Source: a virus (lineage: Duplodnaviria; Caudoviricetes). Taken from it: a stretch of DNA of 64,000 nucleotides. Shown piece after piece: positions 37,901 to 47,522 of the stretch (position 1 is its first letter; every line of letters begins with the position of its first letter). Under the pieces are notes generated by a model. It was not told the DNA's origin. It was given only the letters and a program-made list of their open reading frames with translations, and made no database searches. Both the position numbers and the translations under genes were made by a program. The DNA lies in IMG/VR virus record IMGVR_UViG_3300033075_001328, positions 1-64,000 of that record; one strand, 5' to 3'.

Positions 37901-40115
37901 ATAAATTTATGGGCTGCCAAATGTCAGGTTGACCCGTGTCGGTTACAGTAAAATCATGTGGCGGTGCTAAATCCATTACAAGGAAAGTGCCGCCGTTCGG
38001 AATGTCTGAGTTTACCGTAATCCTTATCTCTTTTTCTTTTACCCAATTTCCATTAGGGTCAAAGCATCCGTGTACGTTTGTACTTGTCTTTTGGTAGTTC
38101 TGACCTGCACTAAGGTCATACATAAAACCTTTGTTTAGCACATCGCCAAAACTGCACCAATGGGATGCTACCCTAAAAACATACTCCCCCGCAGGTAATA
38201 ATATTTCTACTTCGCTATACAAATCTCCGCAAGAGCCACCATTGCAATACAGGTAATTACCGATAGCATCCCGTCTTGCCTGAGTAGAGGTTTCTAATGC
38301 GCCAACTCCATCTACTGGCAAGTCTACACTAATCTGCCTACTTATGCCGAAATAAGGTGTACCTGCCGCATAAATAGGGAAACCGCCTTCTGGAATCCTT
38401 TGGTCGAAATCTGTTTCCATGCCTGACCTTATTCCAAAATCGCCACCTGCACCAGAGCCAAAGCCTCCGCCTCCGAAAAAAGGGAAGTTGTTATCTGTCC
38501 TTGTGGTGTCATGGAAAATGCCTCCCCTATTTAGCGCATACACAGTACTTGGGTCTGAACTTATCCAAAAGGGGTATTTTTTATAATTAGGAAACGCGCT
38601 ATTAAAGTTTCTCCCAGTACCGCTAGAACCCTGCTCTGCATCGCCCAATCCATAGGTTAATATCCTTACCTTAAATTTCACCCTGTATAAAGTGGGGTTT
38701 GGGTTTTGTTCGAAGTCAATAGTATAGGTAGCTTTAGGGCACTCAGGCGCATCATATCCTTCCTTTATGCCACCCTCAATCATCCTGTTCTTTACAAACT
38801 CCTCTGCGTTTACCTCTAGCGGAACATTGTCAAATAGCTTCGCTGCCAACACAGGGTCGATTGCATTGCTTATTATGTTGTTGTAGAACTTAAAGTGTGC
38901 AACCTTGTTCCCGTTTACCAAATCCAAAAACTCGCATGGCTCTAGGTCTATTACTGCCCTATCATTGCCCGTATTCAATTCACGCGCAACAAATCTAACG
39001 CACTTCAATAATACCAGTGTAGTAGCATTAGTTAGTTCCGTATCATTAAAATCTACATCTATATAATTCAACGCCTCATTGCTAGTGCCGTTACACGCTA
39101 GGTTGTCTATCGGTATTTGCGACCATACACCTAACGCGCTTTGCTCGCCGTCGTCGTATATGTATTCTAGCCTGAACTGAAACACCTTGCGTTTTACATA
39201 GTTGGGCAAGAAGTTTACATCTTGCATATACGTGCCCTGCGGCGCGTTCATTGGCTGCCACTTACATCTATCAAAAAACCTATCTATTAAGTTTAGTCCA
39301 TACCAGTTTTCAGGTACTACATAAAAATCGGTATTTGTAAATACTATATTATATGCGTTAACTGCATCTTCGGTTATTGTCAACTTACAGTCGCAAGCAT
39401 CGGCAGTTATGTATTGTCCTAATCCTGCATTTATTTGCTGTGCCAAGCTGGCAAACATCTGTTCAATGGTAAGGTTTGGCGCAATGTTTACATTGATACT
39501 AGCAATAGGCGCATTGTTATCAAACCTGCGCACTACTACTTGAAAAAAGTAAGAAGAACCTGCTTTGCTCAATGGCAGATACACATTCCAAGACTTATAC
39601 TTCTCGCAGATATTAGCTTTGTCTAAGTTTATCTTTTTAGGCACAGGGTCGCACCAGTAAAACAAGTCGCCTGCTCCAGTACCCTGCGGGTCGCCATATA
39701 CTATATTACCAGACGTTATGCGCGTGTCTTTATTCCAACCGAAGTCATAGCTTATGATTTGCTGAACTTCGCCGTATGGGTTGGCAGGGCTAGTCTTGTT
39801 CCTGTAATACCTTAATATTTGATGTTCGCCGTTACTGTTCCACACACAGAATATTACTGTGTTGTATTTAGTGTCCTCAAAAGCACCTATACACTTGTTT
39901 TGCCCATTAGGCAAAGTAGATGTGCTGCCATAGGGTAGCGTATATTTAGTAATATCTACATTGCCCTGTATATTGGTAAGCGAATTGCCTCGCGCTGCAT
40001 TATTTATGGCATTGCGCACGTTTAGCGCATATACGTAGTCGGTATCTTCTACGTTTTGCGCTACACTATCCAAATCTAATCCACCAATAGGGTTGCTTGT
40101 ATCAAATCCGTGCAT
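34950..40115 (-). CDS. tail muzzle/stabilisation protein (crAss muzzle, P22 gp10-like)
   Basis: 1721 aa; GGLDLD..DYVYALNVRN, CIGAFED, FRLEYIYDDGEQSALG, WISFRSYTPE; follows ring proteins. Confidence 0.8.
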   Translation of the reverse strand: MHGFDTSNPIGGLDLDSVAQNVEDTDYVYALNVRNAINNAARGNSLTNIQGNVDITKYTLPYGSTSTLPNGQNKCIGAFEDTKYNTVIFCVWNSNGEHQILRYYRNKTSPANPYGEVQQIISYDFGWNKDTRITSGNIVYGDPQGTGAGDLFYWCDPVPKKINLDKANICEKYKSWNVYLPLSKAGSSYFFQVVVRRFDNNAPIASINVNIAPNLTIEQMFASLAQQINAGLGQYITADACDCKLTITEDAVNAYNIVFTNTDFYVVPENWYGLNLIDRFFDRCKWQPMNAPQGTYMQDVNFLPNYVKRKVFQFRLEYIYDDGEQSALGVWSQIPIDNLACNGTSNEALNYIDVDFNDTELTNATTLVLLKCVRFVARELNTGNDRAVIDLEPCEFLDLVNGNKVAHFKFYNNIISNAIDPVLAAKLFDNVPLEVNAEEFVKNRMIEGGIKEGYDAPECPKATYTIDFEQNPNPTLYRVKFKVRILTYGLGDAEQGSSGTGRNFNSAFPNYKKYPFWISSDPSTVYALNRGGIFHDTTRTDNNFPFFGGGGFGSGAGGDFGIRSGMETDFDQRIPEGGFPIYAAGTPYFGISRQISVDLPVDGVGALETSTQARRDAIGNYLYCNGGSCGDLYSEVEILLPAGEYVFRVASHWCSFGDVLNKGFMYDLSAGQNYQKTSTNVHGCFDPNGNWVKEKEIRITVNSDIPNGGTFLVMDLAPPHDFTVTDTGQPDIWQPINLYLFDSLGNSDINSDSFTGVAVEKAGAFYQALQGWYDGCTTDHNGYFFGITVLNSVSFLVIRALSGQNPNAPTLPITILTDSAVIYYGSLTDVFTKTTMPYNWNSNSTPPTGNGYSLVYGAVATDTPDARNMCSTFINGNVLNSNGDAVSGVLAVYENGKTGVTLQDGSYSIIAWADMVTANLAAFATNNTRLPAPNRLVDDLIFQLSVFCQPVYPNGQSINIDIDPFGPNPSQYNPTNPYIVADFIIDENNNPALKARKRGGQYIDGIRYYDNAGRLCSVARLFDIYIPFETEDLNKYFPNQYAPNTYIQGKPVISWALDPNYNPPEWAAFYQFVRTKNLIYGRYLQWVANQVTYLSAVETDNTPEIETAYANGDATAIKISISNIISYQSANNDSQVGYTFEQGDRLRLMADRTVQFYQGVNDFEITSYDETTQSVIVKITSASVQITSGCLLEIFNPKSVATDDEQILYEVGEVYKCTAPNTPNNQHSVTSGTFTNGDTYWRGRLIIVNDSETKFAAAYPVTIEDASVSDFYPSDAQDIGRIGLIDPNFKQIYRPMLMRFSNQFIPSTAVNGLSSFEELNAKELDRADGQIQRFIFTQNNLVVIGSRREVSNYIQRITAYQAASNTGVLSLSDSFLGTDYVHSQQLGTDLPASVCTQSGKIFGWTNYMANAWKYQGDGEVVISDAKVAAFFKQLSDEGITDAVAVYDRYHEEYILTYWRKRNQILLVSNSTPVSGGYDIRLIVTGNYPELYSTVEVQLLPNGKSYTGEVTSIDGAFIVVRVLTTDTIRLVPLSTVNLIYSLPETIVWFEGNDYTKGNKWISFRSYTPENYCALGDEVVSFKDGYLWIQDKSATRNNFFTAQYDTVFTPMFNAVPQTPKVWHSFNIKQYQANGGCDWSATMTNLNNQLSRINKANWRQLEEFWYTPCKRDLTDDSVPAQTRIVNGRMMRSSTLELRLANDYTGELFLNEVVARYQISERSTK

Positions 40116-40939
40116 TATCGCTTAGGTGTTTGGTAATTGAATCTCCTGAAAAGTTGAACCCACTCTACTTTGCTCAACGCCCCTTCTCTTAACGCCATCG
40201 AACTTGCTTCGTTTACAAATTGCCTGCGAAATTGCTCTGCCTGCATCTTGTCTGTCCTGTCTTGGCTAAAGCGCAACCTATTATAATGCACCCAGCTTTG
40301 AAGTGCCAACAAAGCGTTCTGCGGAACTATGGCATTACCAGTGCCGTCCAAGCCGCTGCTGCGATATTCAAGCAATATTTTGTCTGCTGTTACGCAGCTA
40401 TCAAATTGTATGGTATTAGTTGCGTTGTTTATTCTAAAGCCACCATTCCTGCGCCCTGCACCTACGCCATAATATCCCGCGGTAAATTGTCCATTGTGAT
40501 AGTGCTGAAAGTATGGGTAGAACCATGTATCGCCGCTATCCAATCCAGTACCAAAGCCGCCGCCCGCAAATTTTTGTATATAGGCGGTAGTTTGCTCATC
40601 ATTACAAGGGCATACATCAAGTGTTTCATTTTTCAAACACAAGTCGTCGTCCATTGCAAAGTTTAATACGTGCCCATGTATACACAAGCCTATCTTAGTA
40701 TAACTGATATAGTCTATCGGCAGCTTGGCAGTATTGGTACTTTCATCTACGTCTAGCATAACACTCTTTATGTTTGGCAGCAATGATGATAGGTTTAACT
40801 TACGATAGCCGTCTATGCTCCATTTTAGGAATTGCATAAAGCGCATGCCTTCGGTTTCGTTTATATCCGCCAAACATGACTGTGCCACATACGCAAGCGT
40901 ATACACATCATTCGCTATATTGGTTGTATTATCCGCCAT
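40115..40939 (-). CDS. tail ring/adaptor protein
   Basis: AKLPIDYISYTKIG, ILLEYRSSG, ALQSWVHY; crAss-like synteny. Confidence 0.7.
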   Translation of the reverse strand: MADNTTNIANDVYTLAYVAQSCLADINETEGMRFMQFLKWSIDGYRKLNLSSLLPNIKSVMLDVDESTNTAKLPIDYISYTKIGLCIHGHVLNFAMDDDLCLKNETLDVCPCNDEQTTAYIQKFAGGGFGTGLDSGDTWFYPYFQHYHNGQFTAGYYGVGAGRRNGGFRINNATNTIQFDSCVTADKILLEYRSSGLDGTGNAIVPQNALLALQSWVHYNRLRFSQDRTDKMQAEQFRRQFVNEASSMALREGALSKVEWVQLFRRFNYQTPKR

Positions 40940-41543
40940 TTACTACTGTCGTTGTGGTGTTGTCGTTAATCTTATCCTCTGGTGTAAATTTCTGCTCTTG
41001 CAATTCTTGTTTCACCGCCTGTATCAGCAATCCGTCAAACTCATACGGCTGCGGTATTTCTTCATCCATGCCTAAGCTACTAAAAGACGGAATCGCCTTT
41101 ATTAGTATATCGGTAGCGTATGGCGGTGTAGACTTAAAGTATATCCTACCACCTTCTAACCAATACACATAGCGGCCCGCGCCGCCGCCCGCTTCTAAAG
41201 AAGAGTATACACTCAGCATCCCGTTTTGAACAGCTACAAAGCTACCCTCTTCTTCTTGCACCAAGCTTACTTGCACCAAGCCCATGTTTTTGCTCATGCC
41301 AAGTATACTGTATGGCAACTGAACATAATTGCGCTGCCTTTGGGTATCAAACAATATCGGCAATACTTTAGGTATGCAGAACAAAGCCAACGAAGACGAG
41401 CCATAAGCATTTGCATACGTAGGTATTTGTGTGCCTCGAAATTTATCCGCAGCAAACGCTATCAACCTGTCGTCAGGCTTTTTGTCTTGGTCTGTATAAC
41501 CAAGCAACCTCCATACCGCTTCTGCTAATTGTGCCTTTGTCAT
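40929..41543 (-). CDS. tail ring/adaptor protein
   Basis: YWLEGGRIYF, crAss-like synteny. Confidence 0.65.
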   Translation of the reverse strand: MTKAQLAEAVWRLLGYTDQDKKPDDRLIAFAADKFRGTQIPTYANAYGSSSLALFCIPKVLPILFDTQRQRNYVQLPYSILGMSKNMGLVQVSLVQEEEGSFVAVQNGMLSVYSSLEAGGGAGRYVYWLEGGRIYFKSTPPYATDILIKAIPSFSSLGMDEEIPQPYEFDGLLIQAVKQELQEQKFTPEDKINDNTTTTVVNGG

Positions 41544-42253
41544 TATTGTCCTGCTGTTTGCCTTTGAAGCATATAGTTTACAAAATCATCTTCCCTTATG
41601 TTTATACCCAAATACCTTGCCATGCGTACCGCAAAGTTAGGGTACATACTTTCGGGGTATTCTATTTGTACGCTAGTTACTGGGTCGTATATCGGTTCAT
41701 CATTTGCCGATAAAGTATAACCCCAAACAGGCTGCACAGGGTATCTTATATACGTTAACTCTATTTGGCTTACCTGCGCAGGAAACACCTGCATACCACC
41801 GTCATAGTAAGCCATTACGGGATAGTCTAGGTCTGGCGGCTGTATTGCGCTGTTAAGCCTCAAGTTAAGCTCTGCATCGGTTACTACTTCAATCCACTTT
41901 TCTTGCACTATCGGGTTGCCTACGGGTTGGTTTTGGACATTCCTATATCTTGCAGAAGAAAACGCTGCATAGTCGACAGGGTATAAAAAGAACCCATTTG
42001 CATTTTTAGACAACACCGCTTTCTTTACAAAGAAACGCAAGTCGTCCGTCATGCGCTGCGTTATCTGCCAACCTTGCCTAGCTGCGGGTGCACCATATCG
42101 GTACTCTTCGGGCAACCCTATCTTTTGGTTAAGTATATCCAAATTGACAAATGCCGCCGCCGAATTTATCTCTTCGGGCGAAATTGCTCCTGATTGTTGC
42201 TTATTCGCAATAAAGTTCAGGAAGAATACTACGTCATTTATGTTTAGTGCCAT
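41543..42253 (-). CDS. tail tubular/ring protein (portal-proximal)
   Basis: NKQQSGAISPEEIN, ELTYIRYPVQPVWGY, YLGINIRE. Confidence 0.75.
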   Translation of the reverse strand: MALNINDVVFFLNFIANKQQSGAISPEEINSAAAFVNLDILNQKIGLPEEYRYGAPAARQGWQITQRMTDDLRFFVKKAVLSKNANGFFLYPVDYAAFSSARYRNVQNQPVGNPIVQEKWIEVVTDAELNLRLNSAIQPPDLDYPVMAYYDGGMQVFPAQVSQIELTYIRYPVQPVWGYTLSANDEPIYDPVTSVQIEYPESMYPNFAVRMARYLGINIREDDFVNYMLQRQTAGQ

Positions 42254-43323
42254 TAGCTAAGTGTCAACCTTGTTATTGTTACATCTATAGAACAAGCACC
42301 GCCATCGGTAGGCTTGTCTACCAAAAATCGTATCTCTTGACCTGCGGTAAACACGTTGTTCGCAGTTATAGCAGTTGCCGTTACGCCAGTGCCATGCACC
42401 GAACCAAGCGGGATTGTTATTAAGCCACCTGTAAAGTTTGTTCCGCTATTGTCCTGTAGCTGTATTGTACCTGCATCCGTGCCCGACAAATCTTTTGTTA
42501 CCCTCGCTTTTGCCGCCGTAACGGTACAAGGGAACGGCACGGTCATATAGTATGTACCTTGCCATCCTACTTCAAAACTTACATCCAATCTTAAAGTTTC
42601 TGTCAATGCGCCTACACCCCATGTACCACTAGCAACAGCAGGGAAGCCCGTACTCGAACTTGTATCTTGTCCCGTACCTCCGCGAACTGTGGCAAGTTGC
42701 GCCTCGCTACTCATTACGCCGCTTCCGTCATTTATAAGCACTTGGCTAGCTGTGCCGCTTGCTAGTTTTGTTCTTGCAATGGCAGCGGCGGCGTTTATGT
42801 CTGCGTTAACGATAGCCCCCGCTGTTATGGCTGTAACACCCGCATTGGTTATTGTTATATCTCCGCTTATTGTCACATAAACAGGTACACCGCCAACATT
42901 ACAAACAGGTACTTGTGCATCTGTGCCTGATGCTAATTTTATAAGGTCAATGGTTCCATCAATAAGCACAGTCCCATTTAATGCACCTAATCCGTCAAGC
43001 TGTGGGATATAAGAGTATTGAGAGCCCGCTGTGGCATCGGCAAATTGATATACATACTGGAATGGATAATCCATTTGAGTTTCTGTTATCTCATTGCCCT
43101 CTATTGTAAAAGCATATACGCCCTTTACAACTTGGTCTATAGCCTGCGTGATATACCTTATGGTAGTTCCATTTGAAGGAACGCCACCTAAAGACACAAC
43201 AAAATCTGCACCCAATGTTACCGCACCTGTAGCATATATAAATACTACGTCTGGGGGGTTGTTTTGGTCTATTACAAATGTGCCACCTGCGTTCGTTACC
43301 TGTATAATCTGTACTAATGCCAT
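42253..43323 (-). CDS. tail fibre/hub structural protein
   Basis: GAIVNADINAAAAIARTKLA shaft repeats, RGGTG. Confidence 0.65.
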   Translation of the reverse strand: MALVQIIQVTNAGGTFVIDQNNPPDVVFIYATGAVTLGADFVVSLGGVPSNGTTIRYITQAIDQVVKGVYAFTIEGNEITETQMDYPFQYVYQFADATAGSQYSYIPQLDGLGALNGTVLIDGTIDLIKLASGTDAQVPVCNVGGVPVYVTISGDITITNAGVTAITAGAIVNADINAAAAIARTKLASGTASQVLINDGSGVMSSEAQLATVRGGTGQDTSSSTGFPAVASGTWGVGALTETLRLDVSFEVGWQGTYYMTVPFPCTVTAAKARVTKDLSGTDAGTIQLQDNSGTNFTGGLITIPLGSVHGTGVTATAITANNVFTAGQEIRFLVDKPTDGGACSIDVTITRLTLS

Positions 43324-43326
43324 TAT

Positions 43327-45015
43327 TTATGATATTTTATAGTAAACAATTTCTAGTGCTGCGCTTGTTATATCTCCCGCAACAACACTATCCCCTTGTG
43401 CCGCAACCGTGTAAGCCGTTGTAGTAAAGTTCAATGTACCAATAGTGGTAACACCTTGTATAAAACGCCTATCTGTTTGTTGACCTGCTAGCGTCTGTGC
43501 ATTGAATAGCACCTCTACTTCATACTTTGCAGAAGTATTGCTAACCCTGCTTATACGCGCATTTATCTCTATATTGACAATATTAGAAGCAAAAAAACCC
43601 GTATTCAATGTGCTAATCAGGCTAGCTCCATTAAAAGTCAACCTAACCAATTGAGATGCGCTAGGGCTAGTTGCATTAGTAGTAAATACAGTATGTATTT
43701 TTACTTCATCCCCATCCGCAGATAGTGTATTGGCAGGTATAGAATAACTATCCAGTGTTTCAAAACCAACCGTTCCTGCCGTAGAGGCATTTGCATAGTT
43801 GTTATATAAAACAGCAACGCCATCTGCACCATTTGCTCCCGCCGCACCTGTAGCACCCGTTGCGCCTGTAGCACCCAAAAGGCTACCCATGTACGTCCAT
43901 GTCGAAGCCCCCGTTTTTAGGTACACATCACCGTTAGAGATATTTAAGTAACTATCCCCAACAGAACCTAGGTTGTTGGCGGGTGCGCCTGCGCCCTGTA
44001 AAAATGATGTACCATTCGTTCCGTTCGTACCGTTTATAGATGTTGTCGGAACTAAGGGTTGGCTTGTGCCATCTCCACATCCGCAATCGCAAGTAGGGTC
44101 AATACCCGTAAGTGCATATATCTTAGCTATATGCGCATCTATGGTAGATTGCGGCTTGCCACAGGTTTCGCTTTCTACCGCAAAAAGGTATTCCGCCATA
44201 GCCAACAAATAACGCTCGGTCATTTCAGGCACGTTTTTGGCAGTCTTTTGCAGCAAAAACTCGTTCCTATATTTTTCTAGCAAACACAATACTTTACACA
44301 GTTGGCTTTGCTCTACACTAAAGCTGCCTTGTTTTGTAACCCTGCAAGTCGTAGATGCACCTGTTACTGTGTCGGTATAGGTTATATCGCTTGTTATGTC
44401 CCATTGCCAAATACCTGTATACGGGAATGTGCCCATAGGTGGCGCGTACACCAAGGTTGCAGGCGAGCCACTAGCCACCAAAGTTTGCGAAGCCTGTCCT
44501 GTAGACGGTGGCGGGTACAAAATAATGGTATTGGTTAGCGCGGTATAGGTCTTATAGTTCGTTTGGTCGGTAATACTTACCTGTGCTACGTTATAAGCCA
44601 CACTACCTTCACCAATCACAATAATTCCATTGCACGTAGCCGTAATGTTTTGATACAATACCTTATACGCATTTACCGTTCCCGATGGGTCTATAACTTG
44701 CGTTTTCATACTTATCGTGTACTGCCCCGTCAAGTATGCGCCCGTTATGTCTGTTGGCAAGGTAAACGAATAGGTATCTGTTCCAAGCAAAGGTTCTAGG
44801 TCGGGTGAAGCAAAGTTTGCTGTGTCATAGCCAGCATTTTTATAGAACAATGCACCTGTGCTGTCTTGTATATATAGCAGCACTTTTATGGTTGCAGGCG
44901 TACCCAAACCTAAGCTAGCATAATTACTAACATCGGTAAATGCCGCCGAACCTGTTATTAGGCTATACGTTCCCTGTATTTGCTGTACCGCTTCTATTTG
45001 TGCAGATGTTGCCAA
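43327..45015 (-). CDS. structural protein with collagen-like stretch (tail hub/fibre)
   Basis: CDCGCGD, GTNGTNGT, GATGATGATGAAGANGADG; Thr/Ser-rich. Confidence 0.65.
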   Translation of the reverse strand: MATSAQIEAVQQIQGTYSLITGSAAFTDVSNYASLGLGTPATIKVLLYIQDSTGALFYKNAGYDTANFASPDLEPLLGTDTYSFTLPTDITGAYLTGQYTISMKTQVIDPSGTVNAYKVLYQNITATCNGIIVIGEGSVAYNVAQVSITDQTNYKTYTALTNTIILYPPPSTGQASQTLVASGSPATLVYAPPMGTFPYTGIWQWDITSDITYTDTVTGASTTCRVTKQGSFSVEQSQLCKVLCLLEKYRNEFLLQKTAKNVPEMTERYLLAMAEYLFAVESETCGKPQSTIDAHIAKIYALTGIDPTCDCGCGDGTSQPLVPTTSINGTNGTNGTSFLQGAGAPANNLGSVGDSYLNISNGDVYLKTGASTWTYMGSLLGATGATGATGAAGANGADGVAVLYNNYANASTAGTVGFETLDSYSIPANTLSADGDEVKIHTVFTTNATSPSASQLVRLTFNGASLISTLNTGFFASNIVNIEINARISRVSNTSAKYEVEVLFNAQTLAGQQTDRRFIQGVTTIGTLNFTTTAYTVAAQGDSVVAGDITSAALEIVYYKIS

Positions 45016-45097
45016 TTTATTTAGTGTTTAAAGAAAAACGCCATTGGCATTACATGAGGTAACGGCAATGGCATAATTCGGGTGTATGTTAATCAGG

Positions 45098-46042
45098 TTA
45101 GTCTATTACGCCCCTAACCTTTTTCTCCTTTACTATTTCATCCTTCATTATGTCCGCAAACTTAACCCCGTCCTTAGAGGTACGCAAAAAGTCAAGCAGT
45201 ATGTCTTCTTTATCGTTGTACTCGTGTGGCTGCACCTTTACTATGTCCTTTTTCTTAATATCAGTCAACCTTGTGTGCCATCTCCAAGTATAATCTTTAA
45301 ACTCTACAACATTGAACGTTACTGCATCAGCTATACGCGCCCTTAGCGTCAAAGCTGCATCGTTCATGCGCTTTTCAAACTCGGCAGGGTTAGCTTCCAT
45401 TTGACCTATCAAACGTTCACGTATAACGTCCATTTCCTTGTTGGCGTACAATTCGTCGCTATCCGCTAGGTTGTAGCCTTTATAAAGCGCGTATGCGTTA
45501 ATATCCGACAACCTTTCTTCGTTCTGTATCAATAATGTAAACTCGGCTATCTTCGTTTTATCCGACAACTTCTGCTTAGAAGTCTTAGCTTCTTTTACCT
45601 CTTGGTACAAAAAGTTACTGCGTCGCTCTTGGAATAAAGCAGTTGCTACTTCGCCATACAGTTCAGCGTCGTACATCTCGCTATTTTGATTGCGAGGGTC
45701 ATTAACTAAGAACTCATACAGGTCGGGCTTGCTTATCAAGTTTACCTTAATCTGCCCGCGTTCAATGATTATATCTTCGGGGGTATATGAAGTAACCTGT
45801 ACACCACCTTCCACCTTTAAGCCCTTGTTTTCAAAGTATCTCCAAGTTTCAGTTTGTTGCGTCTTGGGGTTAATCCTTGTGTACTCGGTAGGGAAACTCA
45901 GGCTAGTTTTAGGTAGCTGAATCTGTCCCTTATCTGTATAGGCTATGTGTGGCGGGGTAGCTACCGTAAAAGTGGCTATCTTCTTCCTGCCTTCTTTTCT
46001 TTGAAACTGTTTTACTAATTCGCCGTTTACTTCTATTGGCAT
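45098..46042 (-). CDS. conserved capsid-module protein downstream of MCP
   Basis: Position and size match the crAss-like post-MCP gene. Confidence 0.6.
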   Translation of the reverse strand: MPIEVNGELVKQFQRKEGRKKIATFTVATPPHIAYTDKGQIQLPKTSLSFPTEYTRINPKTQQTETWRYFENKGLKVEGGVQVTSYTPEDIIIERGQIKVNLISKPDLYEFLVNDPRNQNSEMYDAELYGEVATALFQERRSNFLYQEVKEAKTSKQKLSDKTKIAEFTLLIQNEERLSDINAYALYKGYNLADSDELYANKEMDVIRERLIGQMEANPAEFEKRMNDAALTLRARIADAVTFNVVEFKDYTWRWHTRLTDIKKKDIVKVQPHEYNDKEDILLDFLRTSKDGVKFADIMKDEIVKEKKVRGVID

Positions 46043-46061
46043 AAAATGGGATTTTGTGTAT

Positions 46062-46095
46062 AAAAAATGAAGCCCCCATTACCCATAGGGGCTTC
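46062..46095 (-). terminator. intrinsic terminator after MCP
   Basis: GAAGCCCC/GGGGCTTC stem then ATTTTTT on minus strand. Confidence 0.75.
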
Positions 46096-46114
46096 TTGTT
46101 GTAATGCTGTATGA

Positions 46115-47488
46115 TTAGGTTGGACGAACCAAGCCCCAAGTTTCTATACCGAACAATTCAGTACCACCTTCGTGTAGCACGTTGTACTTCACGTTATCGA
46201 AACCGTTGGTAGGAGTTTGCGCCATAGCACCTTCTTCCCACACTTTCATCATACGGTTTACGCCACCGTATTCTTTGTAGCGATACGCTATACGGCTCAA
46301 CTTGTCGCCTGTCTTAGGGTCGGTAGCAAAGCCCAACGGAATAACCGCAGAGTAGTAGCTATCATCAAAGCCAGGTGCGCCGCCGCCTTGTTCAGCAGCT
46401 AATTGAGGTATAGTGGTAAACCAGTAGGTACGGTTGGTTTTCTGTATGCCCTTGAAGTTGAAGCTAACGGTGTATTTGCTACCGTAGTCAGTGCCATCGC
46501 TAGCTATACCAAACTTCTTATTCATTATATTGTCCGCACCGAACAAGTTAGGGTTCTGTGTGAATAGGTTAGATAAACCGTTTTCAACATCGCGATATTG
46601 GTCTGGGCCAGCAGCATACAAGTATTCGCCACCTGCGCGGCGTTTATCAAATACGCGGTTCAATTGGTCGAACCTTGCTATGGTGAAGTTACCAGGTGTG
46701 TATGTAACCGTGTTTGAACCAGTGTTCAACCAAGGGAATATACCCGTCATAGTAGTAGAACCGATGTTTGCGTTGTTAGTAGGTACGCTCCAAAGCATAG
46801 CTTGAGATATAGCTAGCAACTGGCGGTATTCAGCTTCTAGCTGACCGCGACCATAAGGCATTGCAGTTTTGCCGCTATTATCTACGTCATACCAGTATTG
46901 ATTAGTCATAGCTGAACCAGTTATCTCAAACGCCTCTTTTATTATCTGCGTATCAAAAAGATACTTGATAGTAGGCGTGTTGCGACCATTAGGTTGGTTA
47001 GTACCTTCCGCAAAAGTATTAGAAAGTATCTGTATGGTTTCGCCCGCTGTAACCGCTGGCAATGCAAAAGTTGTATTTTGCGGTTCTATGGTAAGGTTAT
47101 AAACGCCAGGCGAAGGGTTCGCAACGGCGGTAATAGTACCAGTTAGTTGGTTAGTAAATTTCACCAAATCGCGCTCACGTGGATATACGTAGTTGGTAGT
47201 TGTCTGCACATCTGCCGTGCTAACCTGTACAGTTATTGGCAAGCCCGTACCTGGTGCTAGCACATTATTTTGTACTTGGAATGAACGCGCAATCCAGCCT
47301 TCTTCATAGTGCCCGAAATTTGGGCCTGCAACAGGTTTTACTTGACCCAAGGTCATTACCATGTTGAAGAAAGGAAGGAACTGGTCGCCATACTTTTGGA
47401 AAAGTACGTTAGATAGTTGGGGTTTTAGCAAGTCGAACGCGGACTGAAAGGGTTGGTTCACTTGTCCCGTAGCTGATAAATTTGCCAT
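46115..47488 (-). CDS. major capsid protein (crAss-like HK97 fold)
   Basis: 457 aa after portal and scaffold; NTFAEGTNQP, TQIIKEAFEITGSAMTN, own terminator. Confidence 0.85.
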   Translation of the reverse strand: MANLSATGQVNQPFQSAFDLLKPQLSNVLFQKYGDQFLPFFNMVMTLGQVKPVAGPNFGHYEEGWIARSFQVQNNVLAPGTGLPITVQVSTADVQTTTNYVYPRERDLVKFTNQLTGTITAVANPSPGVYNLTIEPQNTTFALPAVTAGETIQILSNTFAEGTNQPNGRNTPTIKYLFDTQIIKEAFEITGSAMTNQYWYDVDNSGKTAMPYGRGQLEAEYRQLLAISQAMLWSVPTNNANIGSTTMTGIFPWLNTGSNTVTYTPGNFTIARFDQLNRVFDKRRAGGEYLYAAGPDQYRDVENGLSNLFTQNPNLFGADNIMNKKFGIASDGTDYGSKYTVSFNFKGIQKTNRTYWFTTIPQLAAEQGGGAPGFDDSYYSAVIPLGFATDPKTGDKLSRIAYRYKEYGGVNRMMKVWEEGAMAQTPTNGFDNVKYNVLHEGGTELFGIETWGLVRPT

Positions 47489-47522
47489 TGTCTATGGTTG
47501 TGTTTTTGTAGTTGAAAAAATA

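Noticed and set aside
43840-44040. GATGATGAT/GTNGTNGT protein repeats as a novel repeat element
   Set aside because: These are ordinary collagen-like Gly-X-Y stretches common in phage fibre and hub proteins.
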